From Escherichia coli (GTDB lineage Bacteria; Pseudomonadota; Gammaproteobacteria; Enterobacterales; Enterobacteriaceae), in the NCBI RefSeq assembly GCF_044647545.1, contig NZ_CP172818.1: a stretch of DNA of 64,000 nt, one strand, 5' to 3'. Positions 12,085 through 22,130 of this stretch are shown here, piece by piece; positions within the stretch are counted from its first letter, which is position 1; the number at the start of each line of letters is the position of its first letter. The notes under the pieces were generated by a model. That model did no database searches. It was not told where the DNA came from and was given only the letters and a program-made list of their open reading frames with translations. A program made the position numbers and the translations under genes.

Positions 12085-13317
12085 TTAGTACAGCAGACGG
12101 GCGCGAATGGTACCCGGAATAGCTTTCATTGCCTGCAGCGCTTTTTCGGCAACGTCTTCGTCGGCTTCAATATCAATAACTACATAACCCATCTGGGCGG
12201 AAGTTTGTAGATATTGCGCGGCGATGTTGACGCCCTGCTCGGCAAAAATTTTGTTGAGCGCAGTTAGCACGCCCGGACGGTTTTCGTGGATGTGCATCAG
12301 ACGACGCCCACCGTGCAGTGGCAGCGAGACTTCCGGGAAGTTCACCGCAGAGAGCGTTGAGCCATTGTCAGAATACTTGATCAATTTACCCGCAACTTCC
12401 AGGCCGATATTCTCCTGCGCTTCCTGAGTCGAACCGCCAATGTGTGGCGTCAGAAGGACGTTGTCGAATTCACACAGCGGAGAGGTAAATGGATCGCTAT
12501 TGGTTGCCGGTTCCGTCGGGAATACGTCGATTGCCGCCCCCGCCAGATGTTTGCTCGCCAGCGCGTCACACAGCGCCGGAATATCCACCACAGTACCGCG
12601 CGAAGCATTAATCAGCAGCGAGCCGGGCTTCATTAGTGAAATCTCTTTCGCACTCATCATATTTTTGGTGGACGGATTCTCTGGTACATGCAGACTCACC
12701 ACATCGCTCATATTCAGCAGGTCAGAAAGATGCTGTACCTGAGTGGCGTTGCCCAGCGGCAGTTTGTTTTCAATATCATAAAAGTAAACATACATTCCCA
12801 GCGATTCAGCCAGAATGCCCAATTGAGTACCAATATGACCATAGCCGATGATACCCAGCTTTTTGCCGCGCGCTTCAAAAGAACCCGCCGCCAGTTTGTT
12901 CCACACGCCACGGTGCGCTTTAGCATTGGCTTCCGGCACGCCGCGCAATAGCAGCAGCAGTTCGCCAATCACCAGCTCCGCAACAGAGCGCGTATTTGAG
13001 AACGGTGCGTTAAATACCGGGATACCGCGTTTTGCCGCCGCATCCAGATCAACCTGGTTTGTTCCGATACAGAAACAGCCAATAGCGACCAGTTTTTCTG
13101 CGGCGTTGATCACGTCTTCAGTCAGATGGGTACGGGATCGCAGGCCGATGAAGTGGGCATCGCGGATGGATTCTTTTAATTGTTCATCATCCAGCGCGCC
13201 TTTGTGAAATTCGATGTTGGTGTAACCCGCTGCACGAAGGCTTTCAAGCGCCTTTTGGTGCACGCCTTCTACCAGCAGAAACTTAATCTTGTCTTTCTCC
13301 AGCGATACCTTTGCCAT
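12085..13317 (-). CDS. serA: D-3-phosphoglycerate dehydrogenase
   Basis: 410-aa product MAKVSLEKDKIKFLLVEGVHQ... with C-terminal ACT domain. Confidence 0.95.
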   Translation of the reverse strand: MAKVSLEKDKIKFLLVEGVHQKALESLRAAGYTNIEFHKGALDDEQLKESIRDAHFIGLRSRTHLTEDVINAAEKLVAIGCFCIGTNQVDLDAAAKRGIPVFNAPFSNTRSVAELVIGELLLLLRGVPEANAKAHRGVWNKLAAGSFEARGKKLGIIGYGHIGTQLGILAESLGMYVYFYDIENKLPLGNATQVQHLSDLLNMSDVVSLHVPENPSTKNMMSAKEISLMKPGSLLINASRGTVVDIPALCDALASKHLAGAAIDVFPTEPATNSDPFTSPLCEFDNVLLTPHIGGSTQEAQENIGLEVAGKLIKYSDNGSTLSAVNFPEVSLPLHGGRRLMHIHENRPGVLTALNKIFAEQGVNIAAQYLQTSAQMGYVVIDIEADEDVAEKALQAMKAIPGTIRARLLY

Positions 13318-13572
13318 TTACCCAATCCTGTCTTTTGAAATGTTGTGTGCGGATTTGCATCCGCCTTTCAACATATCAAAAAATAATATTGCGGCAATAT
13401 GAACGTTTGCGTCGCGATGTTGAGGAAATATCACGCAAAGGTATTTCTTGGATGAATATGCTGGTTTAGAGGATTTATTTAGAGCAATCGACAATAGCCA
13501 GGTAAAAACGTGACACATGTCACCAAATTTAATGAAGAGAATTTTTTTAACGGGGGAGGTTCCCCCGTCAGA

Positions 13573-14232
13573 TCATTTCACAATGGTTTTGACACCGTCA
13601 GGTGTGCCAATCAGCGCAACGTCCGCGCCACGGTTAGCAAACAAGCCAACAGTCACCACGCCAGGAATCGCATTTATGGCGTTTTCCATCGCTATCGGGT
13701 CAAGGATTTCCATGCCGTGGACGTCGAGGATCACGTTGCCGTTATCGGTCACCACGCCCTGACGGTATTCCGGACGACCGCCCAGTTTCACCAGCTGGCG
13801 CGCCACTGCACTACGTGCCATCGGGATAACTTCTACTGGCAGCGGGAATTTGCCCAGAATATCAACCTGCTTGGAGGCGTCGGCAATACAGATAAATTTT
13901 TCCGCAACCGAAGCAATGATTTTTTCACGGGTCAGCGCCGCGCCGCCGCCTTTGATCATTTGCATGTGGCCGTTGATTTCATCTGCGCCATCAACGTAGA
14001 TGCCAAGGCTGTCGACTTCGTTGAGATCAAAAACGTGAATGCCGAGGCTTTTCAGTTTTTCAGTGGAAGCATCTGAACTGGAAACGGCCCCTTCAATCTG
14101 GCCTTTCATTGTACCGAGCGCGTCAATAAAGTGTGCGGCGGTGGAACCTGTACCTACACCAACAATGGTGCCGGGCTGAACATACTGAAGTGCCGCCCAT
14201 CCTACTGCTTTTTTCAATTCATCCTGGGTCAT
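13573..14232 (-). CDS. rpiA: Ribose-5-phosphate isomerase A
   Basis: 219-aa product [32 protein letters not shown]... Confidence 0.95.
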
Positions 14233-14287
14233 GATCGTTTCGCCTGTGGTATGAAATTTCACACGCATTATATACAAAAAAAGCGAT

Positions 14288-14518
14288 TCAGACCCCGTTG
14301 GCAAGCCGCGTGGTTAACTCATCCATAAAATATCGCGCAATGGCGGGCATCCCCTTTCGCCCGGCAAATAAAGCATACAACGGTCTGGGTATGCCGCTCC
14401 ACGGTGCAAACAGGCGCACCAGTTCACCGTTCGCAAGCCCCTGTTTACAGGCAAATTGAGGCAATAACGCCACGCCATTCAACCCAACCGGGACGCGAAC
14501 TCGCCGAGCAAAATGCAT
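14288..14518 (-). pseudogene. yqfE: C-terminal fragment of a LysR-family regulator
   Basis: 76-aa ORF resembling only the C-terminal tail of a LysR-type effector domain; no N-terminal HTH portion upstream. Confidence 0.6.
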
Positions 14519-14584
14519 TAGCGCAAATCCCTGATCTTATTACACAAGTATTTAATCATTATCTTTAATATAAAAGGAGTTATT

Positions 14585-14845
14585 ATGTCTATTAAGCAAA
14601 ATTTATTTGCCGCATTATTTCTTTGCACTCTCACAGGACACGCATTTGCCGCAACCGAGATACACAAACCGGACAATAATCTTGAACAGTTATCAAAAGT
14701 GAGCATGTCCACACACAATAGCAATCCAGCGGGCGTTGAAAGCCAAATCAAAAGAGAAAGCGGAAGAGTTACAAGCCAGCAATTACTACATCAGTTCTTT
14801 CTCCGTAAAAATTATATCCACGCCACTGTAATTTTCTATAAATAG
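14585..14845 (+). CDS. Hypothetical small exported protein (86 aa)
   Basis: Strong SD (aaggag) 7 nt upstream of ATG; N-terminal signal-peptide-like segment MSIKQNLFAALFLCTLTGHAFAA. Confidence 0.45.
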   Translation: MSIKQNLFAALFLCTLTGHAFAATEIHKPDNNLEQLSKVSMSTHNSNPAGVESQIKRESGRVTSQQLLHQFFLRKNYIHATVIFYK

Positions 14846-15528
14846 CCCCTCTGTTTAACGGAAGCATGGAATTATTCCATGCTCCTCTGCCAAAATGAAA
14901 TAAAAAATGAAAAAAGCTAATCTTACAGGTACGTTGGTTTGCTTTGTCGCATGCCTTATTTTTTTGTCGTCCGGTGATATTTTTCGTGAAAAGCCAATCG
15001 CTCTAATATGGTTCCTTCGACAAAACATACTCTTTTTTACGGGAACTCTTGCGTGGTGTCTGATGACGCTGACGATGTGTTTATCGTTGCGTTCATCATG
15101 GCTTAACAAAGTGCTGGGCGGTCTGGATAAAGTATGGCGAATCACATAAGTGGGCAGGAATATGCGCCATAGCGTTTGCTTTCGCCCACTGGCTGGATGA
15201 AAAATTACCCCAGTTATTCGTCGCCTTTGGCTGGCTTACTCACCCTGGTAAAATCGTTGATATTAACCTGACGCCAGTACAAGAAAATTGGCTTCATGCG
15301 GGACTGTTAGCGGGTGAATGCGCAATGTTTATTATTATAGCGATGGTTTGCGTATCTCTTAGCAAAAGAGTTCCCTATCATTTATTTCATCTTGTTCACC
15401 GTTTGTTCCCCGTCTTTTATCTGGCAATTGCCTTTCATGTGTTTACTGCTTTGTTTAAATCATACTGGTGGAACTCCTGCTGCGTATTTATTAATTTTAA
15501 TTACTATTCCGGGCGTCTTTGCGGCTTT

Positions 15529-15537
15529 CATTTCGCT
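15529..15537. repeat. Left copy of 9-bp target-site duplication (catttcgct) flanking IS1
   Basis: Identical 9-mer directly abuts both IS1 ends. Confidence 0.85.
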
Positions 15538-16307
15538 GGTAATGACTCCAACTTACTGATAGTGTTTTATGTTCAGATAATGCCCGATGACTTTGTCATG
15601 CAGCTCCACCGATTTTGAGAACGACAGTGACTTCCGTCCCAGCCTTGCCAGATGTTGTCTCAGATTCAGGTTATGTCGCTCAATGCGCTGAGTGTAACGC
15701 TTGCTGATTACGTGCAGCTTTCCCTTCAGGCGGGATTCATACAGCGGCCAGCCATCCGTCATCCATACCACGACCTCAAAGGCCGACAGCAGGCTCAGAA
15801 GACGCTCCAGTGTGGCCAGAGTGCGTTCACCGAAGACGTGCCACAACCGTCCTCCGTATCCTGTCATACGCGTAAAACAGCCAGCGCTGACGTGATTTAG
15901 CACCGACGTAGCCCCACTGTTCGTCCATTTCAGCGCAGACAATCACATCACTGCCCGGCTGTATGCGCGAGGTTACCGACTGCGGCCTGAGTTTTTTAAT
16001 AAAGTGACGTAAAATCGTGTTGAGGCCAACGCCCATAATGCGGGCGGTCGCCCGGCATCCAACACCATTCATGGCCATATCAATGATTTTCTGGTGTGTA
16101 CCGGGTTGAGAAGCGGTGTAAGTGAACTGCAGTTGCCATGTTTTACGGCAGTGAGAGCAGAGATAGCGCTGATGTCCGGCAGTACTTTTACCGTTACGCA
16201 CCACGCCTTCAGTAGCTGAGCAGGAGGGACAACTGATGGAGATGGAAGCCACGGGAGCACCTCAAAAACACCATCATACACTAAATCAGTAAGTTGGCAC
16301 CATTACC
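15538..16307 (-). mobile_element. IS1-family insertion sequence (770 bp), divergent isoform
   Basis: Terminal inverted repeats ggtaatgactccaacttactgat / atcagtaagttggcaccattacc; InsA and InsB homologous ORFs on minus strand; flanked by 9-bp direct repeat. Confidence 0.92.
15553..16252 (-). pseudogene. insAB: IS1 insA-insB region; insA fused in-frame to insB' but insB then frameshifted (defective transposase)
   Basis: ORF 15827-16252 = [13 protein letters not shown]...[16 protein letters not shown]...[13 protein letters not shown]; 4-nt insertion at the A6C slippery site (cgtcactttattaaaaaactc) puts insA in the insB frame; a further indel (~2 nt) shifts frame so the rest of InsB is ORF 15553-15942. 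Confidence 0.8.
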
Positions 16308-16316
16308 CATTTCGCT
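16308..16316. repeat. Right copy of 9-bp target-site duplication (catttcgct) flanking IS1
   Basis: Identical to 15529-15537. Confidence 0.85.
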
Positions 16317-17082
16317 GCTGAAATTCAAACGGTAGTAAAAACAAGCATCAGGCTACCATTAAAAACATTGTTAACCATCCAGGACAAATTACCGAAGTCA
16401 CCCTGGAACTGGAACATGCCATCGACTATTCTCCGGGGCAGTTTGCATTCTTAACGTTCGCACACAGTAAAGAATCTCACCCTTTTACTATCGCTTCATA
16501 CACCAAAGAGAAGAACACGTTGCGCTTTGCCATCAAAAATTTAGGGGATTATACCTCTACCCTTGCATCCTCGATAAAAATCGGCCAGTCCGCCTTCGTT
16601 GAAGGGCCATGGGGAAAGTTTGATTTAGACTCTCCCTTGCTCCCACCAGGTCTGGATAGCAGGAGGCATCGGCATTACCCCCTTTATCGCCCAGCTTGAG
16701 TATCGTAAACATCATGGCGCGTCCTCTGTTCCTGTGGATCTCTGGTATTACGTCAGCCGAAGCGAGGATGCCTGGTATGTTGATAAACTGACCTCACTTT
16801 GTGCCCAGGCCAGGGTCACACTGCATCTGCTTGATGCGCATAAAGGTGAGCGCCTACAGGCGCACTATCTTACTGATAAAATAGCAAATAAAGGTGACAC
16901 CCATTTCTGGTTTTGCGGCCCACAGAGTTTTGCCAAAGCGCTCAGCAAAGGGTTATATGAAAATGGGATTGCCAGCCAAAACTTCCATTACGACCGTTTT
17001 TGTATGCGTTAAATGCTCTGTACCCAACGCAAAATTGTGTCATAGTGCAGGAAAAAGCATTTACCAGGAGCAGACAACAGCA

Positions 17083-17976
17083 ATGAAACGCCCGGACTAC
17101 AGAACATTACAGGCACTGGATGCGGTGATACGTGAACGAGGATTTGAACGCGCGGCACAAAAGCTGTGCATTACACAATCAGCCGTCTCACAGCGCATTA
17201 AGCAACTGGAAAATATGTTCGGGCAGCCGCTGTTGGTGCGTACCGTACCGCCGCGCCCGACAGAACAAGGGCAAAAACTGCTGGCACTGCTACGCCAGGT
17301 GGAGTTGCTGGAAGAAGAGTGGCTGGGCGATGAACAAACCGGTTCGACTCCGCTGCTGCTTTCACTGGCGGTCAACGCCGACAGTCTGGCGACGTGGTTG
17401 CTTCCGGCGCTGGCTCCTGTGTTGGCTGATTCGCCTATCCGCCTCAACTTGCAGGTAGAAGATGAAACCCGCACTCAGGAACGTCTGCGCCGCGGCGAAG
17501 TGGTCGGCGCGGTGAGTATTCAACATCAGGCGCTGCCGAGTTGCCTTGTCGATAAGCTCGGTGCGCTTGACTATCTGTTCGTCAGCTCAAAACCGTTTGC
17601 CGAAAAATATTTCCCTAACGGCGTAACGCGTTCGGCATTATTGAAAGCACCTGTGGTCGCCTTTGACCATCTTGACGATATGCACCAGGCCTTTTTGCAG
17701 CAAAACTTCGATCTGCCCCCAGGCAGCGTACCGTGCCATATCGTTAATTCTTCAGAAGCGTTCGTACAACTTGCTCGCCAGGGCACCACCTGCTGTATGA
17801 TCCCGCACCTGCAAATCGAGAAAGAACTGGCCAGCGGCGAACTGATTGACTTAACGCCGGGGCTATTTCAACGCCGGATGCTCTACTGGCACCGCTTTGC
17901 TCCTGAAAGCCGCATGATGCGTAAAGTCACTGATGCGTTGCTCGATTATGGTCACAAAGTCCTTCGTCAGGATTAA
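17083..17976 (+). CDS. argP: LysR-family regulator ArgP/IciA
   Basis: 297-aa product [43 protein letters not shown]... (HTH at N-terminus); ORF track has an in-frame upstream extension. Confidence 0.95.
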
Positions 17977-18179
17977 TCCATCAAATAATGCCTGATAGCA
18001 CATATCAGGCGTTATCCTCACTTCTTTTTGTATTCCTTGAATCACATCACAAAATAGACAAATCTCAGGCGGCAAAAAACGACGTCTGAATGCATTTTTT
18101 TTGCTGGCGACAAACCCACGTAAAAAGCTCACCGTAAGCGCAAATACCCTCATTTTGATTGCGTTTTACGGAGCAAATA

Positions 18180-20323
18180 ATGTCTAACGTGCAGGAGTGG
18201 CAACAGCTTGCCAACAAGGAATTGAGCCGTCGGGAGAAAACTGTCGACTCGCTGGTTCAGCAAACCGCGGAAGGGATCGCCATCAAGCCGCTGTATACCG
18301 AAGCCGATCTCGATAATCTGGAGGTGACAGGTACCCTTCCTGGTTTGCCCCCTACGTTCGTGGCCCGCGTGCCACTATGTATACCGCCCAACCGTGGACC
18401 ATCCGTCAGTATGCTGGTTTTTCAACAGCAAAAGAGTCCAACGCTTTTTATCGCCGTAACCTGGCCGCCGGGCAAAAAGGTCTTTCCGTTGCGTTTGACC
18501 TTGCCACCCACCGAGGCTACGACTCCGATAACCCGCGCGTGGCGGGCGACGTCGGCAAAGCGGGCGTTGCTATCGACACCGTGGAAGATATGAAAGTCCT
18601 GTTCGACCAGATCCCGCTGGATAAAATGTCGGTTTCGATGACCATGAATGGCGCAGTACTACCAGTACTGGCGTTTTATATTGTCGCCGCAGAAGAGCAA
18701 GGTGTTACACCCGATAAACTGACCGGCACCATTCAAAACGATATCCTCAAAGAGTATCTTTGCCGCAACACCTATATTTACCCGCCAAAACCGTCAATGC
18801 GTATTATCGCAGACATCATCGCCTGGTGTTCCGGCAACATGCCGCGATTTAATACCATCAGTATCAGCGGTTACCATATGGGTGAAGCGGGTGCCAACTG
18901 CGTGCAGCAGGTAGCATTTACGCTCGCTGATGGGATTGAGTACATCAAAGCAGCAATCTCCGCCGGGCTGAAAATTGATGACTTCGCTCCTCGCCTGTCG
19001 TTCTTCTTCGGCATTGGCATGGATCTGTTTATGAACGTCGCCATGTTGCGTGCGGCACGTTATTTATGGAGCGAAGCGGTCAGTGGATTTGGCGCACAGG
19101 ATCCGAAATCACTGGCGCTGCGTACCCACTGCCAGACCTCAGGCTGGAGCCTGACTGAACAGGATCCGTATAACAACGTTATACGCACCACCATTGAAGC
19201 ACTGGCTGCAACGCTGGGCGGTACTCAGTCACTGCATACCAACGCCTTTGATGAAGCGCTTGGTTTGCCTACCGATTTCTCAGCACGCATTGCCCGCAAT
19301 ACCCAGATCATCATTCAGGAAGAATCAGAACTCTGCCGCACCGTCGATCCACTGGCCGGATCCTATTACGTTGAATCGCTGACCGATCAAATCGTCAAAC
19401 AAGCCAGAGCCATTATCCAACAGATCGACGAAGCCGGTGGCATGGCGAAAGCGATCGAAGCAGGTCTGCCAAAACGAATGATCGAAGAGGCCTCAGCGCG
19501 CGAACAGTCGTTGATCGACCAGGGCAAGCGTGTCATCGTTGGTGTCAACAAGTACAAACTGGATCACGAAGACGAAACCGATGTACTTGAGATCGACAAC
19601 GTGATGGTGCGTAACGAGCAAATTGCTTCGCTGGAACGCATTCGCGCCACCCGTGATGATGCCGCCGTAACCGCCGCGTTGAACGCCCTGACTCACGCCG
19701 CACAGCATAACGAAAACCTGCTGGCTGCCGCTGTTAATGCCGCTCGCGTTCGCGCAACGCTTGGTGAAATTTCCGATGCACTGGAAGCGGCATTTGACCG
19801 TTATCTGGTGCCAAGCCAGTGTGTTACCGGCGTGATTGCGCAAAGCTATCATCAGTCTGAGAAATCGGCCACCGAGTTCGATGCCATTGTTGCGCAAACG
19901 GAGCAGTTCCTTGCCGACAATGGTCGTCGCCCGCGCATTCTGATCGCCAAAATGGGCCAGGATGGGCACGATCGCGGCGCGAAAGTGATCGCCAGCGCCT
20001 ATTCCGATCTCGGTTTCGACGTAGATTTAAGCCCGATGTTCTCTACACCTGAAGAGATCGCCCGCCTGGCAGTAGAAAACGACGTTCACGTAGTGGGCGC
20101 ATCTTCACTGGCTGCCGGTCATAAAACGCTGATCCCGGAACTGGTCGAAGCGCTGAAAAAATGGGGACGCGAAGATATCTGCGTGGTCGCGGGTGGCGTC
20201 ATTCCGCCGCAGGATTACGCCTTCCTGCAGGAGCGCGGCGTGGCGGCGATTTATGGTCCAGGTACGCCTATGCTCGACAGCGTGCGCGACGTACTGAATC
20301 TGATAAGCCAGCATCATGATTAA
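18180..20323 (+). pseudogene. scpA: Methylmalonyl-CoA mutase (sleeping beauty mutase) with a -1 frameshift after codon ~57
   Basis: N-terminus MSNVQEWQQLANKELSRREK...TGTLPGLPP in frame 0 (ORF 18159-18593), then conserved [30 protein letters not shown]... continues in frame 2 (ORF to 20323); shift occurs in the C5 run at 18348-18352. Confidence 0.8.
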
Positions 20324-21311
20324 TGAAGCCACGCTGGCAGAAAGTATTCGCCGCTTACGTCAGGGTGAGCGTGCCACGCTCGCCCAGGCCATGACGCTGG
20401 TGGAAAGCCGTCACCCGCGTCATCAGGCGCTAAGTACGCAACTGCTTGATGCCATTATGCCGTTCTGTGGTAACGCCCTGCGACTGGGTGTTACCGGCAC
20501 ACCCGGCGCGGGGAAAAGTACCTTTCTTGAAGCCTTTGGCATGTTGTTGATTCGTGAGGGACTAAAGGTTGCGGTTATTGCGGTCGATCCCAGCAGCCCG
20601 GTCACTGGCGGTAGCATTCTCGGAGATAAAACCCGCATGAATGATCTGGCGCGTGCCGAGGCGGCGTTTATTCGCCCGGTACCCTCCTCCGGTCATCTGG
20701 GCGGTGCCAGTCAGCGAGCGCGGGAATTAATGCTGTTATGCGAAGCGGCGGGTTATGACGTAGTGATTGTCGAAACGGTTGGCGTCGGACAGTCGGAAAC
20801 GGAAGTCGCCCGCATGGTGGACTGTTTTATCTCGTTGCAAATTGCCGGTGGCGGCGATGATCTGCAGGGCATTAAAAAGGGGCTGATGGAAGTGGCAGAT
20901 CTGATCGTTATCAACAAAGACGATGGCGATAACCATACCAATGTCGCCATTGCCCAGCATATGTACGAGAGTGCCCTGCATATTCTGCGACACAAATACG
21001 ACGAATGGCAGCCACGGGTTCTGACTTGTAGCGCACTGGAAAAACGTGGAATCAATGAGATCTGGCACGCCATCATCGACTTCAAAACCGCGCTAACTGC
21101 CAGTGGTCGTTTGCAACAAGTACGGCAACAACAATCAGTGGAATGGCTGCGTAAACAAACCGAAGAAGAAGTACTGAATCACCTGTTCGCGAATGAAGAT
21201 TTCGATCGCTATTACCGCCAGACGCTTTTAGCGGTCAAAAACAATACGCTCTCACCGCGCACCGGCCTGCGACAGCTCAGTGAATTTATCCAGACGCAAT
21301 ATTTTGATTAA
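20316..21311 (+). CDS. argK: Mutase-associated GTPase (MeaB/ArgK family)
   Basis: 331-aa product with P-loop GTPGAGKST; overlaps scpA stop. Confidence 0.9.
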   Translation: MINEATLAESIRRLRQGERATLAQAMTLVESRHPRHQALSTQLLDAIMPFCGNALRLGVTGTPGAGKSTFLEAFGMLLIREGLKVAVIAVDPSSPVTGGSILGDKTRMNDLARAEAAFIRPVPSSGHLGGASQRARELMLLCEAAGYDVVIVETVGVGQSETEVARMVDCFISLQIAGGGDDLQGIKKGLMEVADLIVINKDDGDNHTNVAIAQHMYESALHILRHKYDEWQPRVLTCSALEKRGINEIWHAIIDFKTALTASGRLQQVRQQQSVEWLRKQTEEEVLNHLFANEDFDRYYRQTLLAVKNNTLSPRTGLRQLSEFIQTQYFD

Positions 21312-21321
21312 AGGAATTTTT

Positions 21322-22107
21322 ATGTCTTATCAGTATGTGAACGTTGTCACTATCAACAAAGTGGCGGTCATTGAGTTTAACTATGGCCGAAAACTTAATG
21401 CCTTAAGTAAAGTCTTTATTGATGATCTTATGCAGGCATTAAGCGATCTCAACCGGCCGGAAATTCGCTGTATCATTTTGCGCGCGCCGAGTGGATCCAA
21501 AGTCTTCTCCGCAGGTCACGATATTCACGAACTGCCGTCTGGCGGTCGCGATCCGCTCTCCTATGATGATCCGTTGCGTCAAATCACCCGCATGATCCAA
21601 AAATTCCCGAAACCGATCATTTCGATGGTGGAAGGTAGTGTTTGGGGTGGCGCATTTGAAATGATCATGAGTTCCGATCTGATTATCGCCGCCAGTACCT
21701 CAACCTTCTCAATGACACCTGTAAACCTCGGTGTCCCGTATAACCTGGTCGGCATTCACAATCTGACCCGCGACGCGGGCTTCCACATTGTCAAAGAGCT
21801 GATTTTTACCGCTTCGCCAATCACCGCCCAGCGCGCGCTGGCTGTCGGCATCCTCAACCATGTTGTGGAAGTGGAAGAACTGGAAGATTTCACCTTACAA
21901 ATGGCGCACCACATCTCTGAGAAAGCGCCGTTAGCCATTGCCGTTATCAAAGAAGAGCTGCGTGTACTGGGCGAAGCGCACACCATGAACTCCGATGAAT
22001 TTGAACGTATTCAGGGGATGCGCCGCGCGGTTTATGACAGCGAAGACTACCAGGAAGGGATGAACGCTTTCCTCGAAAAACGTAAACCTAATTTCGTTGG
22101 TCATTAA
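21322..22107 (+). CDS. scpB: Methylmalonyl-CoA decarboxylase (crotonase fold)
   Basis: 261-aa product MSYQYVNVVTINKVAVIEFNYGRKLNAL... Confidence 0.9.
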   Translation: MSYQYVNVVTINKVAVIEFNYGRKLNALSKVFIDDLMQALSDLNRPEIRCIILRAPSGSKVFSAGHDIHELPSGGRDPLSYDDPLRQITRMIQKFPKPIISMVEGSVWGGAFEMIMSSDLIIAASTSTFSMTPVNLGVPYNLVGIHNLTRDAGFHIVKELIFTASPITAQRALAVGILNHVVEVEELEDFTLQMAHHISEKAPLAIAVIKEELRVLGEAHTMNSDEFERIQGMRRAVYDSEDYQEGMNAFLEKRKPNFVGH

Positions 22108-22130
22108 TCCCTGCGAACGAAGGAGTTAAA

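Larger units (their letters stand above)
14907..17012 (+). pseudogene. Ferric-reductase/NOX-like flavocytochrome (His-rich TM domain + FAD-binding + NAD(P)-binding), disrupted by >=3 frameshifts and an IS1 insertion
   Basis: Pieces in three frames: TM/His-rich segment (HWLDEKLPQLFVAFGWLTHPG..HLFHLVHRLFPVFYLAIAFHVF), FAD motif HPFTIAS, NAD motifs IAGGIGITPF and FWFCGPQSF; frame changes near 15146, 16336-16340 (A5 run) and ~16650; IS1 at 15538-16307. Confidence 0.75.

Noticed and set aside
18377-20323. Calling the 648-aa ORF from Met 18377 as an intact, shorter scpA
   Set aside because: The conserved mutase sequence continues upstream of this Met in the same frame and matches the N-terminal frame-0 ORF after a 1-nt shift; the gene is frameshifted, not naturally shorter.
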